64,000 nt of DNA, taken from the NCBI GenBank assembly GCA_963704905.1, contig CAVPHZ010000001.1, positions 323,438 to 387,437 of the forward strand, read 5' to 3'. The notes under the pieces are model-generated. The model ran no database searches, had not been told where the DNA came from, and saw nothing but the letters and a program-made list of their open reading frames with translations. Below are positions 40,339 through 50,905 of the stretch, in pieces (the first letter of the stretch is position 1; every line of letters starts with the position of its first letter). A program made the position numbers and the translations under genes. Origin of the DNA: Candidatus Chisholmbacteria bacterium (lineage in GTDB: Bacteria; Patescibacteriota; Microgenomatia; UBA1400; Chisholmbacteraceae).

Positions 40339-43300
40339 ATGAGCGAAGAAAAAGAACGATCTGAAGAAAAAGGCAAAACAGAAAGAGGGAAGAAACCTTC
40401 TGGATCTCAAGAAAAGGAAAAGAAGGAAAGCTCTGTGCGCAGAAGAGGGAAACAGCAAAAAGAAACGAGCGCTCCACAGCCTCCATCAACGCAGCCAGAA
40501 CAAACAGTTTATGAGCGAGGCGACAAATTCCAGGGTGTAAATGAGAAAGACCGGAAGAATGCCGGTCAGCTTACCGAGAAGATGCTTCAGAGCGCAGTCG
40601 GCGAAGCTATGAAGGCAGGCGTTGAGGTTAACGGCAAGAAGATTCAGGCTGAAGATTTTGATCGGCTCAAAGCACTGCTTTTCAGAAAAAAAGAGGTGGA
40701 TGAAGAGGAAGAGAAATCACTGCTTGAATTGCTCCTGGCACTGCTTCAATTTCTTTATGAACAGATCAAACAAGCGATTTTTGGCGATAAAGACGACCAC
40801 AAGGCAATAGTTGAGACAGCGAAGGCGTTTGGAATCGGAGATGATTCCAAAGAAATCATGAAATGGGTTACCAGCATATTTACCTTTTCCGAGGAGGGTG
40901 AGGCAGAGCTACAGAAAAACGTTGACCGTTACCTTGCCGATGAGCAAGACGTTCCAGTTCCTGATGAACAGATGTTGGAAGCGTGGAGAAAGAGAGGGTG
41001 GACTGAAGGTGATATCCAGCGTGTCCTTAAAGAAGGAAAACGAGGAGGAACTTCAGGTCCAGCGGACGGTGAGGATATTGATGTAATGATTGATGCAATG
41101 AGTGATGATGAAGTAGCCCGTATTGCAGCCCGGGGAGATCGGACACTTGCCACTGCTGATATCTGGCAGCAGTATTTTGCCCAATCCAGACAAGGAGACC
41201 AAGCTGTAAGCTTAAATCCTTTGCAAGCGACGCTTGACGAACAAGTAAAACGACTCAAACAAGCCCAGGAGATTGGTGACCAAGCTCGGGAAAAACACCT
41301 ACAAAGAGAAGTTGCCAAGTCAATTCTTCTGCTGGAGCGGATGGCACCAGCCAGGAAAAGTAATAATGGAGAAGATGTTGAGCGACAAATGGGATTGTAT
41401 GGACCGCGGGCGGTTGATTTGATGAGGAGAATTACTGAACTTCGCAAAGTAGGTGTTTATGCTGCGCTGACTGCACGTGAGGCTGATATTCGTGCGATAC
41501 AGATTGAGGGAGATACGGGTGATTCATTAAAAGTTCAAACAGGACATGGAGAAGAAATATTTCAGTCTGGAGAGAGCGAGGTTGGTAAAAAATTGCTTCG
41601 AGATGTAGCTTTGGTGCAGGCCGGTAACCTGAGCGTAGATGAGTTTAGGGAGTCGTTACGAGTGAATTATATTAAACCTGTTTATGAGGAAGTTATTGGT
41701 GATGCCGAAGAGGATCCAAGGCAGGGATTCAAGATGGAGTCTTGGGGGCATATCCTAATGGGAGAGCTGTTTGAGTCGGTTAAAGAAGCTGGCTACTATG
41801 GTGATCGCGAGAAACAACGCCTGAGCAGCTCTTTGTATGCTCGGCAAATCAGCTCACTGCTTAATGCTGATGCAAATAAAGGTGCGAGCATCACCGATAT
41901 GCACAAGAAGGCTGACCAGCTGTTTTTATCTGAAGATTACGACACGATGATGCGTACAGAGCCGGGGTTGGGGGCAGCACGCAGGCGTCTTGAAGCAGTC
42001 TTCAGCCTAGTACAAATGGATCCCAACAACCGCTACCGAATGCCATATAAAGAATTTATTGCTGATCCAGAAGGAAACTTCGAGGCACCACACATACAAC
42101 GAATGGTATCGGAAACACTCTTGCAACAGCAAGGTGAAGGGATTTTGAGGAACTCGCTTGACCAGAAGGTTTCAATTAAACGGAAAGAGGCTGCGCGGAT
42201 TGCCGGACAGGCGATGAGCGTTTCCAACTCTATGCTGCGGACGACTGAACGGATGTCGACGAGCTTGCTTGCACCTCGAGAAGGTGGGGAGTTTTTAATC
42301 AGCACACCGCATGATAAAGCCAGATATGACACGCTGCGCATGTCCGGAGAACGGTTTGAGACGTATGGCCGTGGCCGGGAGGCAATCAAGCCATTGGTTG
42401 ACCGAATGCGACAAGCTGTTCAGCCAGGGGTGTATGAGCCATTACCCGGTAATGGCGGGTTTGGCGTTGACCGATGGGAGTTGAACCCGGAAAACTTGTT
42501 TAAAATCGGAGGGAATTATAGTGCCTCTCATTGGAGAGCACATAAGGCAACTGAACAACAGCGAGCACGTGGATTGGCTTTGGGATTGAAACTCTATGAG
42601 CCGGATGCAAACAAAGCTGATTTATGGAGACAGGTTGGGGAGCGACTGCCGACAGTGGTTGCGCGATATTTTCCCACATTAGCGCTTGAGAATGCGAAGG
42701 ATAAAATTCACTATTTTGATTTTGAAGCACGGCTCCGCAGCGATGTCATTTCAGGAGGGGAAAAGGAAAGTTTTTTGAGGTATGTACAAACCAGAAGAGA
42801 CGCGCTCTTGAAAGACAAAAAAGAAGATCATCTCGGTGAAATTTCTAGTGAAATAACAAAAGATATTGAATCCCGAATTCTGCGGGGTGTATCCAAGGAC
42901 ACAGCAAAGAATAAAGAGGATCTCAAAAAAGCAGTGGCTGGTTTTAGAGCCAGTGGAGAATATACGTTGGATGGCAAGCTTGGGCGGGTTTTTCAAGAAA
43001 AAGTGGAGCAACGCCAAAGAGAACTGTACCTTCAAGAAGGCGCGCGGATTAGTTTTCTATGGATGGTAGCTAAAGAAACAGGCACAGAGATGAATTTGAA
43101 TACACCTGAATGGGAGGGGAAAGCCTGGGAGCGATGGGTTGAGATTGAGAACAAATTGGCGATTTTGCAGGAAAAGAAACTACAAGAATTTTTATTTGAG
43201 CGGAAAGAAGAGTACCAGGATGCAGATGGAATAGCGCAAAGTGCCTACGATGCAGGGCATGATGCTAGTTGGAGGATTTTAGACGATCCTACTTTAACTG

Positions 43301-44190
43301 AGGGAGTGAAAAACGTTGTCCGTCGGCTGACTTTCCTTGGAAATAATGACATTTCTGAGCGTGATTACACCACTTTTCACCAACAAGTATTAGGTTTATC
43401 CGATGAAGAGATTAATACAGAATTGGATTTGCACGATGATTATCAGGTTTCAAGTAGCAACAGGGAGGCAAAACGAAACGCTGTTCTTTGGAAAAGACTT
43501 GATAAAGAGAAGAAAAGAGGAGCGGAGCGGCTGGCGAGCGTGGAGTTTAGCTTTACGCCGTTTTTAGATGATGTTGCGCACGAGAAAGAGGAGTGGAAGG
43601 AGATCGGACCGAGGGGTGTATCTCGAAGATATGCTGACAATGAGATGTACCAAAACGCCCAATCGGCGTTCTGGAAGATTTCTAATAACCTGATGGTTGG
43701 TGACGACCGGGCCCCGCAAGACCGAGCTGAATTGGTGAAAAATTTGACTGAGTTTCAAAACATCATGCAGTATCTTTCTGAGTCTGATCGGCAGAAGATA
43801 ACCGCTTCGCTTGCGTACAATGTGGTTAATAATCTTTATAAGGCAGATAAATGGACGAACATTCCCTTTTTTGGCCCAGTGATCGACTGGGGAGGACCTT
43901 GGGGATTGTGGAAGTTTGCTGGAGTGTCTTCTCCTGCACAGCGGAAGTTTGGATACGATGCAATGAGCATGACTGCTTTAGAACGCTACCAATTCATAAA
44001 TGATTTACGCCCACTGATAGGTAATGAGTGGGCAGATAAGCTGATGAAAGATACTAAATCACGGTTTCGAAATGTGGTTTACGAGTTAGTTAACCAATAT
44101 TCGCTTCCAGGTGCAATAGCATCAGCTTGGTACCTGGCGAAACCATTTTTTACGGAATTAGCGGCGTATATGAAGCAGGATTTTCAGTAG
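40339..44190 (+). CDS. Large hypothetical helical protein (1283 aa)
   Basis: Long uninterrupted ORF with AGGAG SD and its own promoter; no recognisable domain. Confidence 0.85.
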   Translation: MSEEKERSEEKGKTERGKKPSGSQEKEKKESSVRRRGKQQKETSAPQPPSTQPEQTVYERGDKFQGVNEKDRKNAGQLTEKMLQSAVGEAMKAGVEVNGKKIQAEDFDRLKALLFRKKEVDEEEEKSLLELLLALLQFLYEQIKQAIFGDKDDHKAIVETAKAFGIGDDSKEIMKWVTSIFTFSEEGEAELQKNVDRYLADEQDVPVPDEQMLEAWRKRGWTEGDIQRVLKEGKRGGTSGPADGEDIDVMIDAMSDDEVARIAARGDRTLATADIWQQYFAQSRQGDQAVSLNPLQATLDEQVKRLKQAQEIGDQAREKHLQREVAKSILLLERMAPARKSNNGEDVERQMGLYGPRAVDLMRRITELRKVGVYAALTAREADIRAIQIEGDTGDSLKVQTGHGEEIFQSGESEVGKKLLRDVALVQAGNLSVDEFRESLRVNYIKPVYEEVIGDAEEDPRQGFKMESWGHILMGELFESVKEAGYYGDREKQRLSSSLYARQISSLLNADANKGASITDMHKKADQLFLSEDYDTMMRTEPGLGAARRRLEAVFSLVQMDPNNRYRMPYKEFIADPEGNFEAPHIQRMVSETLLQQQGEGILRNSLDQKVSIKRKEAARIAGQAMSVSNSMLRTTERMSTSLLAPREGGEFLISTPHDKARYDTLRMSGERFETYGRGREAIKPLVDRMRQAVQPGVYEPLPGNGGFGVDRWELNPENLFKIGGNYSASHWRAHKATEQQRARGLALGLKLYEPDANKADLWRQVGERLPTVVARYFPTLALENAKDKIHYFDFEARLRSDVISGGEKESFLRYVQTRRDALLKDKKEDHLGEISSEITKDIESRILRGVSKDTAKNKEDLKKAVAGFRASGEYTLDGKLGRVFQEKVEQRQRELYLQEGARISFLWMVAKETGTEMNLNTPEWEGKAWERWVEIENKLAILQEKKLQEFLFERKEEYQDADGIAQSAYDAGHDASWRILDDPTLTEGVKNVVRRLTFLGNNDISERDYTTFHQQVLGLSDEEINTELDLHDDYQVSSSNREAKRNAVLWKRLDKEKKRGAERLASVEFSFTPFLDDVAHEKEEWKEIGPRGVSRRYADNEMYQNAQSAFWKISNNLMVGDDRAPQDRAELVKNLTEFQNIMQYLSESDRQKITASLAYNVVNNLYKADKWTNIPFFGPVIDWGGPWGLWKFAGVSSPAQRKFGYDAMSMTALERYQFINDLRPLIGNEWADKLMKDTKSRFRNVVYELVNQYSLPGAIASAWYLAKPFFTELAAYMKQDFQ

Positions 44191-44201
44191 TACTTCTTTT
44201 C

Positions 44202-45695
44202 TTATTTTCTTCGAGTTTCACCGGCGAGTGATTCAATCTTCTGGGCAACGTAGGTTCTGGCTCCGGAGGAGATTCCACCCGCCACACCTCGTACCGGGGC
44301 TGTGGCTACCCTAGCTCCAGCGGCAATTGGAGCAAAGATGCCGGCGGCCGGTATTCCTTTGGCTTTCAGCGCTTGCTGGAGCGTGGTTACCAGCTGGGGG
44401 GTAAAGAGGATGAAACCATATCCTATTAAAGCGAGGACAGATTCGACGTCTGTGGTAAAGCCGATGAAAGGCGGAAGCCAACCTTCACCACTATCTCTAA
44501 TGACTGAACTGGTTATTCCCCACTCATCTCTTCCTAAAGAACAACGGTCTGGATCACTTGAAGTACATGGACCCATGAGAATAGCTCCAATGAGGAGGAG
44601 GGCTGCAGCGGCAGGAAAGACAAGAACATTGGCGAGGAAATTTCGAGCCCAACTGCTGAAGCTGTCTGATCCAGGCAGAGCATTGGGAAGGATCATCAAC
44701 GGAGAGAAGATGGTCAGCATGATGATTTTTACATAGGACATGAGCAACTGGAAAAAGAGACGGAAGGCGGCAAACAGAAGTGCAACCGACATGATGACGG
44801 TGACAAATGCGTCTCCGACGATTCCGACGATAAAGCCAATGGTGTCGTTGTCAAACACGTTCTCAATGATATTTCTGATTTGATCTCCTGCGGTGTCCCC
44901 GGAAACCGTGTCAAAGCCTTTAAAGAGAATGGTAAAGATGTTTTCACCGATGAATACCTGGCGCGGTGCGGAGGCACTCGTTAGGAGCCCTTGAGTGTAT
45001 AGTGTTGAGATGACGAGATAGATGCCGAGGTAGATGAGGTCGACGAAAAAGCCTGCTATCGCAAAGGAAAAAGTGATGAGCAGCAAAGTGACCACAAGTT
45101 TTGGGAGCGAGTTTTGAAGGTTGACCACGGTTTGAGGGTCAAGCTGAGCGCGAAACATGATCATAAATCCAATGAAGATAAAGATGATCACGTAGGCAAG
45201 ATAGGCGATGTTTCTAAACGCAGCCCAGAGATCTGTCAAAGGAAGGAGGGCACGATAGCCGGTGCTCTGCGCATAGGCAGGTTCAACCGGGTTTATTTTG
45301 CGAGCGACGTATTGAATATATTGTCCTGAAGAAACAGGCCGTTCGGCGATAAGTCCGGCGATGAAGCCTCCGGCGAATTGTACTGCACCTGGCCGTCTAT
45401 AGCTGAATGGAGTCGGGTCTGCTGTGGGATGCTCAGTGGTTCTGAATGTCGAGGTACTGGTGGTGTTTAAGATTGCATTTACGATAGCAGTAACTGTGCA
45501 CTCAAGACCCACGTTTCCGTCAGCACATTCTTGCAGCGCCAAGTCGTGTTCGGCTGAGCTGGGCTGAAACCATAGGCTTTGGGCAAATATTGGTATGGAA
45601 AAGAGGGTGAATAACACGATGAGAACAGCAACGATTTTCCAGAGTGGTTTGTTGAGAACATTTCTGAGCCAGCGCAGGTGTTTCATCAGCGTCAT
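44202..45695 (-). CDS. VirB6/TrbL-like polytopic membrane protein
   Basis: LWAAFRNIAY...GFMIMFR...LPKLVVTLLLITFSFAIAGFFVD and IFSPLMIL..ALPG...W.RN; located in the T4SS locus. Confidence 0.7.
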   Translation of the reverse strand: MTLMKHLRWLRNVLNKPLWKIVAVLIVLFTLFSIPIFAQSLWFQPSSAEHDLALQECADGNVGLECTVTAIVNAILNTTSTSTFRTTEHPTADPTPFSYRRPGAVQFAGGFIAGLIAERPVSSGQYIQYVARKINPVEPAYAQSTGYRALLPLTDLWAAFRNIAYLAYVIIFIFIGFMIMFRAQLDPQTVVNLQNSLPKLVVTLLLITFSFAIAGFFVDLIYLGIYLVISTLYTQGLLTSASAPRQVFIGENIFTILFKGFDTVSGDTAGDQIRNIIENVFDNDTIGFIVGIVGDAFVTVIMSVALLFAAFRLFFQLLMSYVKIIMLTIFSPLMILPNALPGSDSFSSWARNFLANVLVFPAAAALLLIGAILMGPCTSSDPDRCSLGRDEWGITSSVIRDSGEGWLPPFIGFTTDVESVLALIGYGFILFTPQLVTTLQQALKAKGIPAAGIFAPIAAGARVATAPVRGVAGGISSGARTYVAQKIESLAGETRRK

Positions 45696-45746
45696 TGTAG
45701 ATCACAGCATTCGTATGAGTCAAATGTTGAGACTCTGTTTATTGTA

Positions 45747-46877
45747 CTACAGACCCTTTCTGACCCAAATCTGTTGGTTGCAGCGCTCATCATAATATAT
45801 ATACGGTTGAGATCCCGGGATGCGGGAAGAAATAGACTCCAATAGATTTTCTTTAGCACAGTGAATATAGCCAAGATAGCGGAAGTAGGTACGCGCATCA
45901 CTACCGGGATTGATATCAAGCGGAGAGCCGGCTTCTGCGTAGTCGTCGGTGAAGCGGTAACTCAGGCGTGACTCACCAGGCCAGTCAAAGGTTGGTTCGC
46001 TGAGGGCAGTGCGGAACATGGTGAAGATCGACTGAGTGTTATTTACGGTGTTGTTCCAAATCTCGTATAAGTACGGGGTGTATGTGTGAATGTACCCCGG
46101 GGTCATGGCAACTTTGATTTCTTCGTATAAGTCCTCACAAGCTCCTTGTTCGAAATCAAATGGGCTGGGGAACCAATTTCCATTGTATGGATCATTCGGT
46201 TGACCGCCTGATTGGCTAGAGTCCCAAACACATTCCATCCAAGGAGCGAAGGGGTCGCTGCGGCAAGATCCTGTTGAGCTCGATCCTCCCGGAACCCATG
46301 ACCCACCTATGCATTGGTGCCATCCATATCTGTATGGCTGGTTGCAAAATCTGGTGACTGTTGGTTCGGTTAAGTACCAATCATCGTCACAATATTGTCC
46401 TCCCTGACAACCAAAACCGCCAGTACAACAGTCTGAAAGACTGCAAGGTGAGGCAAAGTCAGGACATTGCTGAATCCGATTAACTTGCGTTCCAGGAGGA
46501 TGACCTGCTGGGACACCAACAACTGGAGCAGTGCAATACCAAGCAGGGCCAGTCAGATCGTTGGTTGGCATGCTTGCCGAATTACATTCGGCTCCCGGGC
46601 AAATATACTCGAAGTAATCTGCATAGTAGGGTTGGGGAATGTATTTGAGTTCGGCAGCCTGGAAATTGATTTCGCTGTTGAAGACATAATCACCAGGAGA
46701 ATAGTATTGATCTCCGAGATCGCACATCGGGCCAATTGAACAGGCGTTGTAGTAACAATCGAAACCTTGGGCAAAGATCGGTTTTTCCATTTTTGACAGC
46801 AGGAATAGTCCAATGATTGAGAAGAGAATGAGTGTAAGTGTGGCGTGAATTAATAGTTGCAGTCTTATACTGTTCAT
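45747..46877 (-). CDS. Secreted Cys/Trp/Tyr-rich protein
   Basis: Signal-like N-terminus ending PIFA-Q; many cysteines. Confidence 0.75.
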   Translation of the reverse strand: MNSIRLQLLIHATLTLILFSIIGLFLLSKMEKPIFAQGFDCYYNACSIGPMCDLGDQYYSPGDYVFNSEINFQAAELKYIPQPYYADYFEYICPGAECNSASMPTNDLTGPAWYCTAPVVGVPAGHPPGTQVNRIQQCPDFASPCSLSDCCTGGFGCQGGQYCDDDWYLTEPTVTRFCNQPYRYGWHQCIGGSWVPGGSSSTGSCRSDPFAPWMECVWDSSQSGGQPNDPYNGNWFPSPFDFEQGACEDLYEEIKVAMTPGYIHTYTPYLYEIWNNTVNNTQSIFTMFRTALSEPTFDWPGESRLSYRFTDDYAEAGSPLDINPGSDARTYFRYLGYIHCAKENLLESISSRIPGSQPYIYYDERCNQQIWVRKGL

Positions 46878-46880
46878 TTG

Positions 46881-48719
46881 TTAGCCTTCTGGTCTGTCAA
46901 TTAAAGCACAGGTAGAAACCCACCTCCATCGAGATTGAATGTTGCAAGCATATTGTCTTCCAGTTGACGAGTCGCAGCTTCCACTGCGATAGATAGCCAG
47001 GAATACTTCCAGGTCGTTCATCGGTCGGGCTGGTCCAGTTCCGCAGCTGGCAGTGGATAAGTTTGGATAGAGTGTCGTGAGCGGAGGATTACTGAAACAG
47101 CTTGAATAATTGGAGCGGTATACAGATGGCAATTGGATGTGACCGCTCAACCCGGTTCCACCGCCATTATTTTGACGCTCGAAACTACACTCCAGAGCTG
47201 GGTTGTTTACTCCGAAATCTTGCCGTGAGATGCTGTAGTTGCTGGCGTTGCTTTCATTTAGCCAGATGAGCATGGACAGGGCTGGGTGAATATTGCCGCT
47301 AGCATGGGCAATGACATCTCCATAGCATGCGGCAACATTGTTTCCTGGTCGGCCACTTACCCATGCTAGGGCAAGATTTTCAATATCTGATTGTGATCGA
47401 ACACAAGAATGTGTATTGGAGACGTTGTGGCAATCAACCACTGTTGTAGGATCGCATCCGGCTGAACCGCCACCGGCTAGACAGGCTGCTCCTGACATAG
47501 CCCAAGGACCAGCAGGACACATTTCACCCATATCTGCTTCGGTTTCTTCTTCAGGAGGTACAGGCACGGGGAGCAGGTTTGATGCAAGCATGTCTTGCAA
47601 GTAAGTGCTGACCTGGTTTAGGCGGGGAAGGTGAGGAATGCTTACCCTTTCTTCAATAGTTGAGAAGGGCTGTCCCGGCTCTGGATTGACTTGAATGAAG
47701 CCAATGGCATCTTCCCGGGTGACTGTGGGAATATTTGACCAGAGTTTGCCGTAAATTGTATCAGCCCACTGAGTGCGGTCTGCAATGTAGGTGGCAATAC
47801 AACTATTTCTGGCAACTGAACTGGCGATAGCACTACAGGTGTATTCTGGTGGAAGGTGGCTGGAAAAGTCTGATAGCCGAACTGGATTTCCTTGGTTCCA
47901 GTTTGCTGGTTCTCCATTATCTTCAAAACCAACGATATAGTCGTGATGTTCATCTCCAGCGTTATCTATCATGCTGATCTTTCTACCTCTTTGCGTTGAC
48001 AGATCTTCGTTAAATGGCAAGGCTGAAAGTAGCTTCCGATAAACACCGGCACGATTCCAAAGTTCGGGACGCTGATCAATATACACCAGACTATTGATGT
48101 CCGGTTCAAGCACTCCTTCGTAGAAGGCCCGGCCTTCAAGGTAATCGGCTAGATGTTCCTGAGCCCGGTTAAAGAAGGTGAGGTAGTCGTATCCAGCACG
48201 ATTGACGGATACCAGCGGAAGCTCGTAGGCGCGAGCATCCACGGTGTAGGTGCCTGCAATGCAAGGAAGATTATTTGGATTTGCGTCTATGCCGCAGGGG
48301 TTGTCTTGCGGCTGGACAGCGGCAACACAAGGAAAGTTCGGATCATTAAGCTCACATCCTTGTGTATGGCGAAGATAACCAACATTTTTGGCTGCCCAGG
48401 GACGCATGGCACAGTAGGGTTCGTTGGTGTCTTCTATTTCTCGGTCTGCTTCGGGACCACAAATCTCGCAGGGATACGGACGAAGCGGATGGCCTTCGCT
48501 ATCCCACGGGTCGCAGCGCTCAGCTTCTAACCCTGCAGTTCTCGGGCAGGAATCGACATCCGCTTGGGCAAGAGTTTGAGAGGGGGATGTGACTGTTGAT
48601 ATTACAACTACAATCAGTACTACTATCAACTGAAGTGATGTTTTTCTTTTATCTTGTTGTTGGTCAAAACGTTGCGTCATATTGACTAGGAAGAAGCCAA
48701 GATACCTCATAATTATCAT
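46881..48719 (-). CDS. Secreted Cys-rich protein with putative C-terminal lysozyme-like/lytic transglycosylase domain
   Basis: Signal-like N-terminus (true start may be 48710 or 48680); C-terminal IHPALSMLIWLNES...DFGV...FLAIYRSG...QYACNI. Confidence 0.65.
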   Translation of the reverse strand: MIIMRYLGFFLVNMTQRFDQQQDKRKTSLQLIVVLIVVVISTVTSPSQTLAQADVDSCPRTAGLEAERCDPWDSEGHPLRPYPCEICGPEADREIEDTNEPYCAMRPWAAKNVGYLRHTQGCELNDPNFPCVAAVQPQDNPCGIDANPNNLPCIAGTYTVDARAYELPLVSVNRAGYDYLTFFNRAQEHLADYLEGRAFYEGVLEPDINSLVYIDQRPELWNRAGVYRKLLSALPFNEDLSTQRGRKISMIDNAGDEHHDYIVGFEDNGEPANWNQGNPVRLSDFSSHLPPEYTCSAIASSVARNSCIATYIADRTQWADTIYGKLWSNIPTVTREDAIGFIQVNPEPGQPFSTIEERVSIPHLPRLNQVSTYLQDMLASNLLPVPVPPEEETEADMGEMCPAGPWAMSGAACLAGGGSAGCDPTTVVDCHNVSNTHSCVRSQSDIENLALAWVSGRPGNNVAACYGDVIAHASGNIHPALSMLIWLNESNASNYSISRQDFGVNNPALECSFERQNNGGGTGLSGHIQLPSVYRSNYSSCFSNPPLTTLYPNLSTASCGTGPARPMNDLEVFLAIYRSGSCDSSTGRQYACNIQSRWRWVSTCALIDRPEG

Positions 48720-48819
48720 AGAAAGTTCACTTCCTTATTGCAAGAATAGAGAATTATGATTTTGAGAGAAAGCTTTTTTGGAAGCTGAGGGTTGGGAGAT
48801 TGGGGATATTAAATAAAGA

Positions 48820-49215
48820 CTACAACCCTGTTGTGTCTGGGCAAGGTATATTGAACTCCAGTAGCGTGAAGGTGACACCGAAGATGAAATCGTCAATAAA
48901 TTTGAGAATAAACCAGGCAAGTATCATTAGTGCAATTCCTGCGATTGCATAGGTCATGGTATTTTTGGCGTCTTGTACCGCTTTTTGATCACCACCACTG
49001 GTAAGATAGCGGAAGCCTCCAAATATTAACATTACAAAGAGAAGTATTCCGGCAATTGAGACCGCGGCTGACAGGATATTGGCAAAAATATAGTTAAAAT
49101 CACATAGGGGATTTACTGCCGAAGGTTGAACTATTCCAGCGTAGATAGTCCTAGGTTTTAGTATGCCCAATACAGCCGTGAAGAGCGCAACTACCCACGT
49201 TCGCTTCAAGTTCAT
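48820..49215 (-). CDS. VirB2/TrbC-like T4SS pilin
   Basis: GGFRYLTSGGDQKAVQDAKNTMTYAIAG between two TM helices; probable start ATG 49215. Confidence 0.85.
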   Translation of the reverse strand: MNLKRTWVVALFTAVLGILKPRTIYAGIVQPSAVNPLCDFNYIFANILSAAVSIAGILLFVMLIFGGFRYLTSGGDQKAVQDAKNTMTYAIAGIALMILAWFILKFIDDFIFGVTFTLLEFNIPCPDTTGL

Positions 49216-49335
49216 TATCAGATGATTAAAAACAATCGGAACGTTCTTGGTGAGGCTCCGATTGTTTTTTCTTTTTTCCATTATGATCATTGCTCTGATT
49301 CACAACTTAAATTCTATCTTGTGTGTACTATCTGA

Positions 49336-49665
49336 TTAATAGAATGTTGGGAGTGAAAGGGTGCTCGTGAAATTGACTCCAAAGAAGAAGTTGATCAGTT
49401 GCATGATGGCCCAGGCTGCTGCGATGACAGCAAGTCCGACCAATGCGTTTGAAATTCTTCCGCGAGCTGCTTCAATGTTGGCCTTATCACCTCCGGCAGT
49501 AATCCATTGGATTCCACCCCAAACCAGATATGCAAAGACAAGAACTCCTGCAATGAGGAAGGCTGCTCCAATGGCCCCAGAAATGAGCGTTCCAATATCA
49601 GTAATCTGGAATCCTGATGGTCTGCCAACGTTGACGCTAGCGTATGCTTGTGGTGCGAGTTGCAT
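49336..49665 (-). CDS. VirB2-like T4SS pilin, candidate major pilin
   Basis: GGIQWITAGGDKANIEAARGRISNALVG; strong GGAGGTG SD before ATG 49665; upstream TTGACA at 49750-49745. Confidence 0.87.
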   Translation of the reverse strand: MQLAPQAYASVNVGRPSGFQITDIGTLISGAIGAAFLIAGVLVFAYLVWGGIQWITAGGDKANIEAARGRISNALVGLAVIAAAWAIMQLINFFFGVNFTSTLSLPTFY

Positions 49666-49817
49666 ATCTTCACCTCCTCTCAATGCAGTGATGATTATGG
49701 TTTTATGTACTTTCCTTGTTTATTTTGATCAATATTCGACGAACTGTCAACTTCAGTATTTGAAAATTTCTAGTCTTTGCTGAAAACTTGCTCCATTTTT
49801 TAACCTTTATATTCTAT

Positions 49818-50132
49818 CTATATTGGGTTGATTGGAAGCCCAAGAACATAGATGGCGATAAGATAGACTGCCCATGCAGCTGCAACTAAGACTAGCCCAG
49901 TTGCTGCGTTGGTCATCCGTTGTTTGGCTGCTTCTACGTGGGTTTTGTCACCTCCAGCTGTTAACCATTGGAGTGCTGACATGACGAAGAAGAGGATGAA
50001 CGCGAGACCACCGAAGATGAGTGCGAGTGCCAATACATTACTTACCACATCACCAATCGATGTGATTTTAAAGAATGTTCCAATGTCTAGTTGAGAACTG
50101 ACGTTTACAGGTATTGGTGTAAAAAGTGTCAT
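49818..50132 (-). CDS. VirB2-like T4SS pilin
   Basis: ALQWLTAGGDKTHVEAAKQRMTNAATG. Confidence 0.85.
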   Translation of the reverse strand: MTLFTPIPVNVSSQLDIGTFFKITSIGDVVSNVLALALIFGGLAFILFFVMSALQWLTAGGDKTHVEAAKQRMTNAATGLVLVAAAWAVYLIAIYVLGLPINPI

Positions 50133-50146
50133 AGGTATCTATTGAA

Positions 50147-50533
50147 TTACGGTCCAGGAAAGTCAAACGACAAATCTTCTAGGAATTGGATATTTAAGAC
50201 AGAACCGAGAAACTGAATAATAGCCACAGAGGCCACGAGTATGACGAGACCGATAGCCCCGTTGGCAATTTTGTCTCTACCTTCTTCAAATTTGGATTTG
50301 TCACCCTGAGCAGTTACCCAACGAACCGCTCCCCATGCGAAGTATAAAACAAAGAAGATACTTCCAACAATGACGAGGGTTTTCCAGATGTTAGCGATCA
50401 TCATTGCTAACGCTTCACCGGGTGCTCCGGTGCTGTATGTGGGAGCAACGGGGTTAGAGATTCTTGCATAGCTAGGAGTTGAGCTAAGCAGTGTTAGGAG
50501 GGAGCTGGTAATTATTTTCAGCTTTTTTTTCAT
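50147..50533 (-). CDS. VirB2-like T4SS pilin
   Basis: Signal peptide ending SYA; GAVRWVTAQGDKSKFEEGRDKIANGAIG. Confidence 0.85.
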   Translation of the reverse strand: MKKKLKIITSSLLTLLSSTPSYARISNPVAPTYSTGAPGEALAMMIANIWKTLVIVGSIFFVLYFAWGAVRWVTAQGDKSKFEEGRDKIANGAIGLVILVASVAIIQFLGSVLNIQFLEDLSFDFPGP

Positions 50534-50544
50534 GACATCAGGTA

Positions 50545-50904
50545 TTAAGGTGTTAGTTCACCAATTCTGGCTGCTAAATCTAGAATATCAAATCCGAGCA
50601 GTAAACCAAGTATTCCGGTAATTGCCCAAGTCATGACAATGATCACCAAACCAATAGCTGCATTCGATAAATACCTCTGGGCTTTTTTTACTTTTTCTTG
50701 GTCACCTTGGGCGGTGAGATAATTCAGCGCTCCAAGCAGAAAATAGATGATGAATGCCAAACCTCCTATTACCGTGAATGTTCCCAAGAGAACGCTGAAG
50801 AAATTTTCAAGAGTGCCCCCAACATCAGTTGCAGTTACTTGGAAGGGGCTGTCTCCTGTGATTGGCTGGAAGTCTAGTGCATAGATTGGCTTGATGTTAG
50901 TCAT
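50545..50904 (-). CDS. VirB2-like T4SS pilin
   Basis: GALNYLTAQGDQEKVKKAQRYLSNAAIG. Confidence 0.85.
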   Translation of the reverse strand: MTNIKPIYALDFQPITGDSPFQVTATDVGGTLENFFSVLLGTFTVIGGLAFIIYFLLGALNYLTAQGDQEKVKKAQRYLSNAAIGLVIIVMTWAITGILGLLLGFDILDLAARIGELTP

Positions 50905-50905
50905 A

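Noticed and set aside
49361-49783. 140-aa + strand ORF over the candidate major pilin
   Set aside because: Antisense shadow of the pilin gene.
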